A stretch of DNA of 64,000 nucleotides, from the NCBI GenBank assembly GCA_016748015.1, contig JAAOMT010000571.1:1305095-1369094 (forward strand). The letters are read 5' to 3'. Shown piece after piece: positions 32,101-44,583 of the stretch (position 1 is its first letter; each line of letters begins with the position of its first letter). The notes beneath the pieces are model-generated. The model ran no database searches. It saw only the letters and a list, made by a program, of their open reading frames with translations, and was not told where the DNA came from. Source of the stretch: Geosiphon pyriformis uo1. Its lineage: Eukaryota > Fungi > Glomeromycota. The translations under genes were made by a program, and so were the position numbers.

Positions 32101-33472
32101 TTAATAGTTGTATATAATATGAATTTATGTTTTATTAATATAAAATACAATCTTGTTAATTTTATAAAACAAATTAATAAGTCAGCTAAAAAATTAGATG
32201 TACTTGTATCAATGATTTTTCAGCTTAATCTTAAATATTAGTTATTAATAATTTTTTATTACAAAATTAAATAGATAATATAATAATAATAAAAAATTTA
32301 AATATAACTATAAGTAATAAAACTGTGTCTGTTTTAGACTTTTTGTCTTCTTTGAATATTATTAAGTTAAAAAAACAGCTAAATAGTTTGTTCAAATTAG
32401 TTATAAATTTAATAACAAAATTTAATAATTTGATTCTGGTTTCCAATACAACTTTTTTTTTCTTTTAATAACTAAGTTTATTTAGAAAATTATTATATAT
32501 AATATGTATAAAATAAACAATTTTATAAAACAAAAAAATATTGTTAAATAATATAAAAAAATAGACAATATAATATCTATAATTACTAAAACAATATTAA
32601 ATGAAAAAATATGTTTATAGATTATAAATAAGTTTAATAGTATTAAAATATATATTTCTGGTCTGAATTTTGGTTATTTAAGTGTTGGTGTTGTTATTAT
32701 TATAAACAATTATTTAACAAAATATGTTTGTAAAATTATTAAGATAAATAGTAAACTTTTTTTAATTAAGTTATTTTTTTATAACTATATATTGATACAA
32801 TTATAATTATATGTTTTTTTTAGACCAAAAATATTAATATATTAATTATTAAGACTATTAATAAGTTTTTTTTGTGGTCTTAAGTGGCAATTTTAATGAA
32901 AATAAATCTTATAAAAGTATTAGTTTCAAAAAAATACTTAGACATAAGTTTGATCAACTTTTTAATAAATAGTATATTTATCAAAATTTTTATGTAAAAT
33001 TTTTTTATAAATTTAAAGAAAACAATTAATTATATTTTAATTTCTACAGGTTTTAATAATATAGTAATACACAAAAATGTAAAAAATATTGTAAACTTTT
33101 TTAATATCAATTATTAAATAATCTTTGTTTTTATTGGTTTAAATAGGTTTTTAAATACATAATTAAATTTTTTATACAAATAAGTAAATAAAAATATGTG
33201 AAAATTTAATGTAAAAGATACAGATAGTGCTAAATAATCTTATTTTAAAAATACTACTAAAGCCAATTCTGTTTTATTTCACATTAATTTTATTATTTTA
33301 AATTTTTTTTTGAATTTAAATGCTTTATAAAATATAATTTGTAAAATAGTATATTTTTCTGCAAACAAGATTTTTTTCAAAATATGACATAAAAAATATA
33401 ATGTTGCTTTTTTCAAGCTATTATTTAAATTATACAAGTTGAAAATTCTGATATTAAAAATTGTTAAGATAT

Positions 33473-34258
33473 TGTTATCAATAGAATTTTAGGTATTAAT
33501 TAGTGCATAAAATTACTCTTATAATTTTAATCATTAATTAAAATATATTATTATCATTTTAATTAATACTTATTACTTAATTAAAACTATTAAATATTAC
33601 TATTTAATTAATAACTCAATTTGTGCAATAAAAATTAAGATAATCAAATTACACAATACTTTAAATTATATAACATTTAAAATTAGCCAAAATTTGTAGA
33701 AATTTGTCAAAATAATTGATATTTTACCAAAATAGCCAATAATTTGTAGAAATAACTTGTAGTTTATTAAAATATATCTTTAATTCATCGAAATTATAGC
33801 AAAAAGAAAAGTTTAAGTTTATAAACTAGTACTATAATAAGTTGTATAAAAAAAAAGCTTCTTTCTTTAAAAAAATGTATTTTATTTTATTTATCTTATT
33901 TTTAGAATAACAATTTTATACAAATTAATAAAAACAAATACTTCAAAAAACAAATTCTTTTAATTAAATTATACTTGAAATTTCTTGAATTTCAACTAAT
34001 GTTTTGAAATTAATTAGTTACCAATTTCAATAATTTATTAATAACTTTAGACTTAAACAAAAAATAATTCTCTTAATGCAATTTTATTTCTCTTATATTT
34101 TTTTTGTTTTTATTTTTCTTTCTTATTATTAATATTAGAATAGTTTACAAACAAGATTCCTGTAAAAGAGTTGAATTTTACAGCAAAGTAATTACACATT
34201 TTTAGTAAGCTTTTAGATAAGCAATTTTTGGAAAAGAGTTGACTTTTACTATAAAGTA
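33473..34258. mobile_element. Truncated second copy of the 26661-27634 LTR
   Basis: Begins tgttatcaatagaattttaggtattaattag vs tattaccagtagaattttagctattaattag and stays collinear for ~790 bp; the right end and ~550 bp of host LINE are deleted. Confidence 0.88.
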
Positions 34259-35349
34259 AGTATCTCAAATAAGCTTTAGAAACATTGCAACAAATTGGTT
34301 TTGAATATGCTTTTGGTGCTTTTAAACTCTTGTTTATCTTGTAAATTGGTACCTAATTCTTAAAAAAAAGCTTGAGTTTCAATAATTTCCAAATCATATA
34401 AGTGGAACAGAGTTTTTATAAACATTTAACCTATTGCTTTAATTGAAACTGTGTATAAAATTCTTTTTAAGATTTTTTTTAACAGGATTTCTTTAGCATA
34501 CAGTGCTTTTAATGTTTTTTGCAAGAATAATTTTTCAGTTTTAAAGAATATAATAACACAATTTTCTATTTTTGTCATTGGTTCAGTAATCAAGGATGTC
34601 TTAGAAAAGAACTGTAAACTTTGGCTGGTTTTATAGAACATGTAAAAAGCTTACAATTCTGTTGAATAGAAGCATCTTTAAAAGAGCTTGGTTAGGATAA
34701 AAATATATAACAGGTTTATTTGATTTTTTGGTACTATTTACAATAATTGTATCAACAAGGTAATAATTAACTTCGGATTAATACATAGATATCAAGTACA
34801 TAATAGTTTAGATCAAGGAAAGTGTTCTTATCTCTTCTTTAGTACATATTTTATGATCTTTTTTTATGCAAAGTTAAGAAACAGAAAAATGTATATAAGT
34901 ATAGATTGAATTTTTATTTTGTTGTCAAAACTGGTTGTGTAAAATCTTGGGCTAAATTAACATCTTTTTTCACTGCTGGTGTTTTTGTTGATGACATTAT
35001 CTGAGTTAGTTGCAGTCAAAATACTACCCAACACATCCTTAATATTGCAAGTAAATTTTTTTAGGTCAATAATATTTCTATTAATAATGAAAAAACAGTA
35101 ATTATTCCTATCAATTGCAGAGTTGGAAGTTCTTCTTTGTTGATCAATGGCTTATCTATTTTAATTACTAAAAAGAGAGAATTTTATTACTACTTGAAAA
35201 AAAAATAAAAAAAACTTCTTTCTATTCTTCATCTAAAATTCCCAAAAAAGAGTCAAAAGGTTTTTTGAAAGAAGTTTTTTATCATTCAGTACGATAAATC
35301 AAAACCGTTCTTTGATTATAAGGTCACTGTTGGCCCTGTTATTACTGTT

Positions 35350-37179
35350 ATGAAGAAAACTATTAATGTTTCTGGTTCTAAAAGTGGTTTCAAGACAGTT
35401 GTGTTGAGGAAGAAGAGGAAGGGAGGTGTATTGGCAGAGGATATTGATAATAGAGAAGTTGCTGCTGAAGCTCCTGGTGCTCGTTTATGGGGTTCTAAGA
35501 CAAGTAACACTACTAAGTCTGAGAGTATTAACATGGAGAAGGAGTGCTTGGTTAAAGAAACCAGTGTTGACTATGGTGAGAGTAGTGCTTTTGTGGAAGG
35601 GAATCCTAATCAAACACCAAAGGGTTTGTGTGTAAAGACCAAAAAGGTGTTAGGGAAGCCTCTGGGTGTGATTGATTATGGTACTGTCAATACAGACAAT
35701 AATGTGTTAGACAATTTCTTTCTTCTCTTACTCCCTCTACCTATCAAACTGACTGTTCAAGTGCCTGTTCACAAATCCTTTGCTTTAGATATTAATCTTG
35801 TGGTCATCACTAAGAAGTTCTTTCAGGAAAAATTGTGTTTTATCAAGAAAATTTTTTCAGGTGTGAATGGTTTTGGGAGGGCTTCTACTCCCTCAAAATT
35901 GGGTGGAATTATTCGTGCAACTTTCACTTTGGAAAAAGCAATGATGGCTGCTGGGAAGTTGGCAAATGATTGTGGTGTTGTAGTAAACACTGATCTCAAG
36001 CATCCTATAAACAACCATATAAATCAAACAATTGTGATAAAAAAAATTCCTGTGAGAACTTCTGTGAAGGCTGTGCGTGCTGCCGTGTCTGAGTTTGGAT
36101 TGATTAAGTCAATCAAGATGCAACTGGTGGGTCTGTGGCAAAAAGCGATCATCGAATTAGAAGATCAAAATCAGGCTGATCTTTTGGCATTCAAATGGTC
36201 TATTCTCATTGAAAAAGATGCAGTACATGTGGCCAGGGCCAATGTTGACAAACAGACATGGGATTTCAGAGATGAATTCAGGGCACTGCTGTACACTCTT
36301 CCTGTAAGGACAAATGCTTATGACTTTTGAGATTTTGTTGGTTTGGTTGGTGGGAAAACATGTGTTATTGATCATAATCCTGTTAGCTATGTTTGTGCTC
36401 GCTGTGTTACTGTTTGCTTTGGGTCTGAATCTGATCTAGTTAGTGTGATGGCTGCAACCCCAGTTATAAAAGAGATTGGCCTTTACTGGTCTTATCTCTC
36501 TTTGGCACTGTGCTCAGTCTGCAGTCTTCCTGGTCATACATCTCTTAATTGTGTTTCAGTTAAGATTGGTTCAACCCTAAGGAGCAGAAAGGCACCTCTT
36601 TTTGCTCAGGATCAGGTCAGGTTGGCAACTATCTACACTCGGAAATTCATGCCCATTTCTTGTCCATTGGCCTTCAGTGGTAAGACTTGGGCATCAGTTG
36701 TTGGTGCTCCTCTGGTGCATAGTTCTCATGGTGCTGGTTCATTTCTTGGTTCTGACAATGTTAGTAAACCTCTTCCTTCTGTTGTGGATGATTTGGAAAA
36801 GCGTTTGGTGAATATTGAGAGCAGTCTCATCAGCCTTGTGGAACAAATTGGTGAGTTAACTAAGAGGTTAGATTCACTTGTGCCAGCAGTTTTCCAGCCT
36901 AGCCCTGGATGTTAGCTGCCGGTAACCCCTTCATCACAAAATTAAGGAGAAGATATAGTGATGAAAGTAAGTTCAGATGAGTCCACTTGTGATGAGACTG
37001 CTGCTGCTACTGCTACTGCTATTTATACTTATACTGCGAAGGACTCTTCTGTGTTCTCCCATGTTGTCAAGTTGGAAAATATGTTGGAAGGCCTTGCTGC
37101 TTTGGTGCTGAGTTTGTCTGCTTGTTTTGATGGTTTGGCTCTGGCTGCTGGTATATTTCCACAACTCTCTTCTCAATGA
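35350..37179 (+). pseudogene. LINE E ORF1 (RRM-like, CSVCSLPGHTSLNC knuckle, coiled coil)
   Basis: Fragments 35350-36330, 36343-36915 and 36958-37179 are all in one frame, broken only by point stops. Confidence 0.9.
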
Positions 37180-40100
37180 GTGAGTTTACTTAGAAGATTG
37201 CTATGTGCAATATTAGAGGAATGAATAATTGTGTGAAACAGGCAGACATTGTACATTGGCATAATGATATGAACAATCTGATTTCTGTTGTTACTGAAAC
37301 AAAGTTGAAAGGAAAGATCTACCCCTGGATTGTGGATAGGTTTGCTGGTGTTTATGTTTTTACTTCAGGTCTGGATTCTGGTTATATGGGATCTGGTGTT
37401 GCAATTATTATGGACTCATCTCTGGCAAAACATGTGTGCAAGGTTCTAGAGGTGCCCAGTTGGCTCCTGTTAGTAAAATTGCTTTTCAGGAACAGACTCT
37501 CTGTTTTTATTTTGGGGCTGTATATTGGTGCTTCTTTGACAGTTCATTTTTCTTAGGCTGATGAAATTAATTCTCTCATTACTAGAGCTGTGAATGAATC
37601 CTTTTTCGTTGTTCTTGGTGGTGACTTCAATGAAAACAGATCTCACAAGTGTGCCAGTTTCAAGAAATGCTTTGATTTGGGTTTGGGCAACTCTTTAAGT
37701 GGAGGCTCTCTTGCTAAATTACCAACTTGGTGCAATTCTCATGATATTGCTAAGACAATTGATTATGTGTTTCTTTCTTCTAACTTGGCTAATGTGATCA
37801 TAGATCATGACATGTTAAATGTTGATGATTTTTTTGACACTGATCATAAGGCTGTTTCTGTTTCTGTGCATCTGGATGGTTTGTTGGACACAAGGCTTTC
37901 TTCAATATGTAAACAGGCCAACAAAGATTGCTGGAAGTTTAATGTCAAGGATGCAAATGAGTTGAAGTGGGCTGAGTTCAGGAATGGTACGGCTGCCAAT
38001 GCCTTTATGTTCTCAGATAAATTTGTTGCAGCTGGAAAATTTTTGGATTTGAATGTGATGTAGGACATTATTCGCAAAATTATGATTCTTTCAGCAGGTG
38101 GAACTTTCAAGAAAAAGTGGTTCAAAGGTTTTGACAGTGTTTTTAATAAGGTGTTTTCTAGGTTTCATAAGCTGAAGTTGCTGGTTTCTAAGCTGGTAAA
38201 GGCTTCCCGTTTGATTTTTGGAGATGATTTTGCTCTGTTGTTGGATACGTGGGACAGGCTTGACTCTGTTGGCACTTTGTCGGTGAAGTCTCTTTTCCTT
38301 TTAGTGTCTGGTTTTGATAGTATTTGCTCTAAGCTGGCTAAGGCAAAGAAGTCTTACTGCTCTTCCAAGATACTGGAATTTAAGCATGCTGAGGAATCTC
38401 ATATAAGATGGGCTATTGAGAGTAAGATGGAGAGTTTTGAGTTGGATAAGGGTTATACTATCAGAAGTGTTTTGGAGCATCCATTTTGCAAGGTAGTGTT
38501 GGATCATTTGGTAGTAAATGATGAGTTGGTTTTGGAACCTGAGCTGATTAAATCTAAAGTGGACAGGATTATGGAAGGATGGACTAAGAAATGGTTGGTG
38601 GTTTTGGACTTCTCTGATGATTGGAAATGCCAATTTTGGCCTTTGAACTACGTTTTTGATGATGCTTTCTCTGGTGTCATGAACTCAATTAGTTTTGATA
38701 AGATGTTCAGTGTCATTTCGAGCTTGCCTAATGAAAAAACAGCTGGTTTTTCTGGTATTTCTAATGAATTATAGAAGCATTGTGACAGAATAGTTCTAGA
38801 TATGCCTTTGGTGTTTTTGAATTTCTGTCTGGTTTGTGAGTTGGTGTCTGGACCTTGGAGGAAAGCCTGGGTTTTGATGATTCCTAAACCCTATGAATGG
38901 GAGGGTGTTCTCATGAACACCCATTCTATTGCTTTGATTAAAACAGCCCACAAGATCCTTTCTAAAATCTTATCAGACAGAATATTTTCGGTTTACAGTG
39001 AGTTTGATGTTTTACAAAAAGACAATTTTTCTGTTTTAAAGGATATGACAATGCAGTCGCCCATTTTTGCCATTGGTTCTGTGGTCAAGGATGCCTTGGA
39101 GAAAAATAGAGAGCTGTGGCTGGTTTTACAGAACATACACAAAGCATATGATTTAGTTGATTAGGAACATCTTGAGAGGAGTTTGATCAGGATTAAAATG
39201 TATAACAGGTTCATTAGATTTTTTGGTAGCATCCACAATAATTGCAGGAACAGAGTGATGACAGATTTTGGCTTAACTAGTGATTATGTGGTTCATGATG
39301 GTTTGGATCAGGGTAAAGTTTTCTTGCTGCTTTTTTGGCACATATTTTATGATTCACTTATGTGTGAAGTCAAGAGGCAAGGGGAGGTGTGTGGTTACAA
39401 GTTGAATTCACATTTTATTTCCAATACTGGCCATGTGGAATCTCAGACTGGGTTGACATTGTTTTTTGCTGCTAGTGCTTTTGTTGATGATATCATTTGG
39501 GTTGGTAGCAGCCAGGCCGCTACACAACATATTTTGAACGTTGTTAGTGAGTTCTTCAAGATTAATAACATTTCAATTAACAATAACAAAACCGTGGCTA
39601 TTCTTGTCAACTGCCGGGTTGAAACCCCTTACCTAACTGTCAGTAGCTTGCCTATTTCCATAGCCAAAAAGGGTGAACCTTATCATTATTTTGGAATTTT
39701 TTTGTCTTCTAATGGTCTTTTGGTGCCCAGCTTGGCCAAGGCTCACTCAAACATCTGATTTTTTGTCAACCTTGTTCTGAAAAAAGCCATCTCGGATAAA
39801 CAATTCAGTTATTTGGCTTCTGCTGTTCTGTTTTCTATCGTCAGCTACAGGATCCAGTTCAGTTTTGTTTCTATTAATGTGTATAATAAATAGGACACTT
39901 TGATTCGCAAAGACTTAAAGTCTAAGTCTGGACTGCTGCTTGATTTCCCCAATGATGCACTTCATCATCCTTCTTTGTATGGTTTGAAGACTTTTGAACA
40001 AATTCAAGCAGAAAGCAAATTGGCCTCCATCATTGCTTTTGCAAATTCAGTTGGTATTTTGGGCCACTTATTTTCTTACAGGTCTCATGACCTCCAGGTT

Positions 40101-41864
40101 CTCAGCTGGAGTCCTCATTATCCCTTGCTGTTTCTGGCTCGTGTTAGTGTCAGCTTTTTAAATAATTTCTTAGCAGATGTGGTTCATATTTTCTCTGAAT
40201 GTGATTTGTCTCTGGGTGGGTCTCTGGCCTGTGCTTTTTGTCATCGGGGTGGCACTCCTATGTCTCTCGTTCTTGGTAAAATCAATTTTCTAAAATACAT
40301 CTCTTTACTCAAGTGATATGGTATCGCTTTTGTGGAACAATTACACGATCAAAATGGTGTTGTTTTTAGTTGGCGGATGTTCAAGCATTGGAAGAGGTTG
40401 GATTCCCGTGGCCTGATTCCTTTCTGGTTTGATCTTTCTGCATGTTTTCTTGGTGGTGTTGCTTCTTTTCCTGTATGCTTCTCTTTTGTGAAAAATTCCA
40501 CTCAGTCTGATGTTTGTCAATCTCATGATTTTGGTATTATCTGTAACAAACTATCGGCTACTGACGCTGCCTGCCTTTTTGTGTACATGAATGGGTCTTT
40601 GAGTGGTTTGAGAACTGTTGCCATGAAAGCTGGGGCTGCAGTCTTTTTTGAAGACATTGATTCTGGTTTAGGTGTGGGGGTGTCTGGTTTGGTTTCTTCT
40701 ACTTTGTCTGAATTGCAGGCCATTGCTTTGGCTCTTGAGTGTGTTTCTTCTTCTTGTGCAGTTGATTTGTTCTCAAATAGCCAAGTTGCTTTGGATGCAT
40801 GCAAGTCGGAATCATTATTGGCTCATCCAGACTTTAGGAATCATTGTTGGATAGAGCATTGCCATATTGCTAATGTAGTTTGTCATAAGAATTTAACTGT
40901 GAATTGGATTAAAGTTAAGAGTCATTTGGGCATTTCAGGCAATGAGCATGCAGATGAGCTTGCCAAGAATGTGGCACTCTCTACTTGGCATTTGCTCCAT
41001 TTGGTCAGTGAATGTTTTTTGAGGGCTGGAGGCAATGTGGTTTCTGAAAATTCTAGGCACTTTGTTTGTGATGTGTTTCGGTTTATTTTTTGTGCATGTT
41101 GGGAGGTTGGTTCTGGTTTCCGGATCTTGGCGGCTGGTTTGCATAATGATGTTAACTGGTTTAAGTCTTCTTTGGTTTGGCACCCTGATTGTCACTTGGC
41201 TGCTGGTTTTACTAGTACATATATTGCTGGCCTTCAGATGTACTTTATGAAATCTCTCCATTATTGGCTTTCTGTCACTGTGCATAAGCATTTGTATAAT
41301 AGATGCTACCCTAATGTGGTGTGTTTGTTCTGTAATGATGTAGAATTCTCAGACCATGTCTTTGTTTGTCCTTTTGATGCTGCTGGTTGTGCTAAGTTGT
41401 TGGATGCTCATGCATCTTTTTGGGAAATGCAGTCTGGTCTCTCTCAATCTACTTTGTGTGTCTTGTAGTTGTTGGTCTCTTGTTTTTCCGATGCTACAAT
41501 TAGTACTACTCTGTATAAGGGTTTTGTTTTTGATGATTGGTACTGTGAATTCTTTTCAGTCTTTAAGGATGCTAAGGTCACGGCTTCGAATATTGTGTGT
41601 TTTGTGTGTGAGTTTTGCTTTGCATTTCATGATGAATTTTGGCTGGTCTATGCCAAACACCGAGCTTTTATGGAGAGGAATAGACTTATTCCTCGTAATG
41701 GTTCTATTCCTGCCCTGGTTTTTGGTTTACCTATAGTGCTTTTGGCTGGTATGATCAGGTTGTTGGGTGTTGTTGAGGCTTTTGGTGTTGGTTTCAGTTT
41801 TTGTAAACCTTGTTTGTTTTTCTCAGGTGTAGGGGATTTTGTTTCTGTTAAGATAGGTACATAG
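37176..41864 (+). pseudogene. LINE E ORF2 (APE endonuclease-RT-RNase H-zinc finger), ~1560 codons
   Basis: Eight ORF fragments from 37203 to 41864 all in one frame; GGDFNE, TIDYVF, TDH, AFVDDIIW, SELQAI, WIKVKSH, CLFC-x7-H-x3-C. Confidence 0.93.
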
Positions 41865-44583
41865 TATTGTTCTGATCAGCCTGAGTGGCTGGTCATGTGT
41901 AGAAAAAGCATGATTTGCTCTTAGTTTAGATCATTTATATGATGTATAGTCCTAGGTTATGTTTGGACCTTACTCATTAAACATAATAAAAAAAAATTAC
42001 TACTTGGACATTTTTCTATTAACTAAAAGTTTATAAAAGTTTAGCTTGACTAAGGCATATTTAGATATTTGGTTTTTTGCCAATCTTGTTCTAAGAAAAA
42101 CCATCTTTAATAAACAGTTTTTATATTTGGTGTTAGCTGTTTTTCATTTTATTGTTAACTATAGAATGTAATTCAGCTTTATTCTTATTGGTGTGTATAA
42201 TAAATGAGATGCCTTAATTCACAAAAACTTGAAATTAAAATCCAGCCTACTTCTCAATTTTTCTAATAACATGTTTTATTACTCTTCTTTGTATAGTTTA
42301 AAAACTTTTAAGCAGATCCAGATTAAAAGCAAATTGGTCTTTTTTGTGAATTTTGCAAACTCTTTTGGAATTTTGAATCATTTGTTTTTTTACAGATCTC
42401 ATAACTTGCAAGTTCTGTATTAGAATCCAATTTATTTTTTGTGTTTTCCAGCTTGTATTAAAATCAGTTTTTCTAATAACTTTTTGGCAGATGTGATTCA
42501 TATTTTTCTTAAGTACAATTTTTTCCTGAATAATTCTATGAACAATTTTTTTTATTTTGAAAATAGAACTTCCATGTTAATTGTTCTTAACAGACCTAAT
42601 TTTTTTAAGTTTTTTCTTTTGCTTTAACAATATAATATTGCTTTTGTGAACCAATTTTGTTGTTGAAATAGTACTATTTTTGATTGGAAAACTTTTAAGC
42701 AGTAGAAAAAGTTGGACTTCTATGGTCCTATTCCTAAATAGTTTAAGCTTTCTGTTAACTTCCTTAGTAACATGGCTTCCTCTTCTAACTGCTCCTCTTT
42801 TTTGAGTAATGTTAGACTTTTTAATATTCTTAAGTCAAGTAAGTTTGAGTTGATTTGTGGTCATTTGTTAAATGTTAATGTTAGTAGTCTGTTTGTCTAT
42901 ATAAATATATCTCTAAAGAACTTGAAAATAACCAACATAAAAGCTGGTGCTGTGGTTTTTTTCAAAGATATAAATTTGGGTTTAGGTATTGGAGTTTCTG
43001 GTTTAATGTTTTCTATATTGACAGAGTTGCAAACTATTGTATTAGCTCTTGAGTATGTTTCCTCTTATAACTCAGTTCAATTATTTATAAACAGTCAAGT
43101 GGCTTTGAATGTATATAAATCAAAGTTGGATTTAGTGTGTCCAAACTTTTGAAATCAATATTGGATTAAATATTAACACATTATAGATGTTATTTATAGC
43201 AAGAATTTGAATGTTAGCTGGCACAAAGTGAAGGATTACTTGGGTGTTTTGGGTAATGAACATGCTAACATGCTTGCCAATGCTGCATTTCTCTCTAATT
43301 GGTGCTTTTTTTTCTGATTAAAAAAATGTTATATTATGACTGAAAGTAGTATTGTTTTTGATAATTCTAGATATTTTGTTTATAAGGTTTTGTTGGTCTG
43401 TTTATTGTACACATTAGAAGGTCAGCTCTGATTTTAAGGTTTTGGTTGATTGTTTGCTTTCGAATATTAATTGGCTTAGTTTATCTTTGATGTGACATCC
43501 CAACTTGTATATAGCTACTGGTTTCACTAATAGACTTATTGCTAATACTCACACTTATTTTATAAAAGCTTTGCACTATTGACTACTTATTGCTATTTAA
43601 AAATATCTATATGACAAGTGCTATTTCAGTATAACATATTTGTATTGTGATAATGTTAAAATCTTAGACCATGTTTTTTTTTGTATAATTAACAATTTTG
43701 TTTGCTATTATTTGTTGAATGCCTATGTGGATGCTTAAAAGATGCTTTTTGGTCTTTCTTATTTCTTTTTGTATATATCCCAACTAATGTCCTCCTACAT
43801 TTCTGATGTTATAATATATATGGCTTTTTGCAAAGACTTTGTTTTTAATGGTTGGCATTAAAAAACTGCTTCTGTCTTTAGTGATTCTAAAGTTGTAGGT
43901 TTAAAGATTATAAGCTTTGTTCATGATTTCTGTCTTGCTTTTAGAGAAGAGATTTGGTTAGTTTATGCTAAGCATTGTGCCTTTATGGAAAAAAATAAAC
44001 TGATCTTACATGATGGTTTGGCTTCTGTTTTTATTTTTGGGCTGTCTATAATACTTTCTGCTAATGTGGTTAGATTGCTTAATATTATTAAAGCATTTGG
44101 TATTAATTTTGGCTTGCATAAGCCTTGTTTGTTTTTTTTAGACATTGGAAACTCAGTTTTGGTTTATATATATATATAATATTATTCTGATTAGTCCAAA
44201 TAACTGGTTATATATAGAAAAAACATGATTTATACTTAGTTCAGATTACTTATATAATGTATTGTATTGGGCAATATATGAACTTCACTTATTAAAATAA
44301 AATAAAATAAAAATACTTAATTTTTTTTTCTTTTATCTCTTTTTTTTTGTTTTTTGTTTTTTGTTTTTTTTCTATTTTTTTTCTAAATAAATCACTTACA
44401 TTAAAAAAAGTTTTTATTTTATTTTATTTATTTTTTGTTAAAGCAAAAGCTTTTAAGTCTTTTTTTTTTGTTTATTATATTATTAATAATCTATAAATAT
44501 TAAGATTAATAATAAATATAATTTTTATTTTAATAGTAAAAAATTAATTTAATTTAACAAAGTTTATATATTTGTTTTAATAT

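Larger units (their letters stand above)
35197..41996 (+). mobile_element. Full-length LINE (copy E, best preserved) with TSD
   Basis: TSD ttactacttg at 35187-35196 and 41997-42006; poly(A) tail; complete ORF1 and ORF2. Confidence 0.96.
30520..44313 (+). mobile_element. Degraded LINE (copy D), interrupted by an LTR fragment and by LINE E
   Basis: 5' end and ORF1/APE ghosts 30520-33472; RT 34260-35196; resumes at 41997 (YYLDIFL = HRYLGIFL) through RNase H to 3' UTR and A-rich tail ~44295-44313. The left and right parts could be two recombined copies. Confidence 0.8.

Noticed and set aside
36996-37035. GCT/ACT microsatellite in LINE E ORF1
   Set aside because: Short frame-preserving slippage with no evident function.
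35350-41864. Stop-codon reassignment, readthrough or A-to-I rescue of in-frame stops
   Set aside because: Stops replace Trp, Gln and Arg codons at copy-specific positions alongside many missense transitions; host genes end in ordinary TAG and TAA.
41870-41915. Hammerhead ribozyme in the LINE 3' UTR (CTGA...GAAA)
   Set aside because: ctgatca and ctgagtg do not fit the CUGANGA core, and the three-stem topology is absent.
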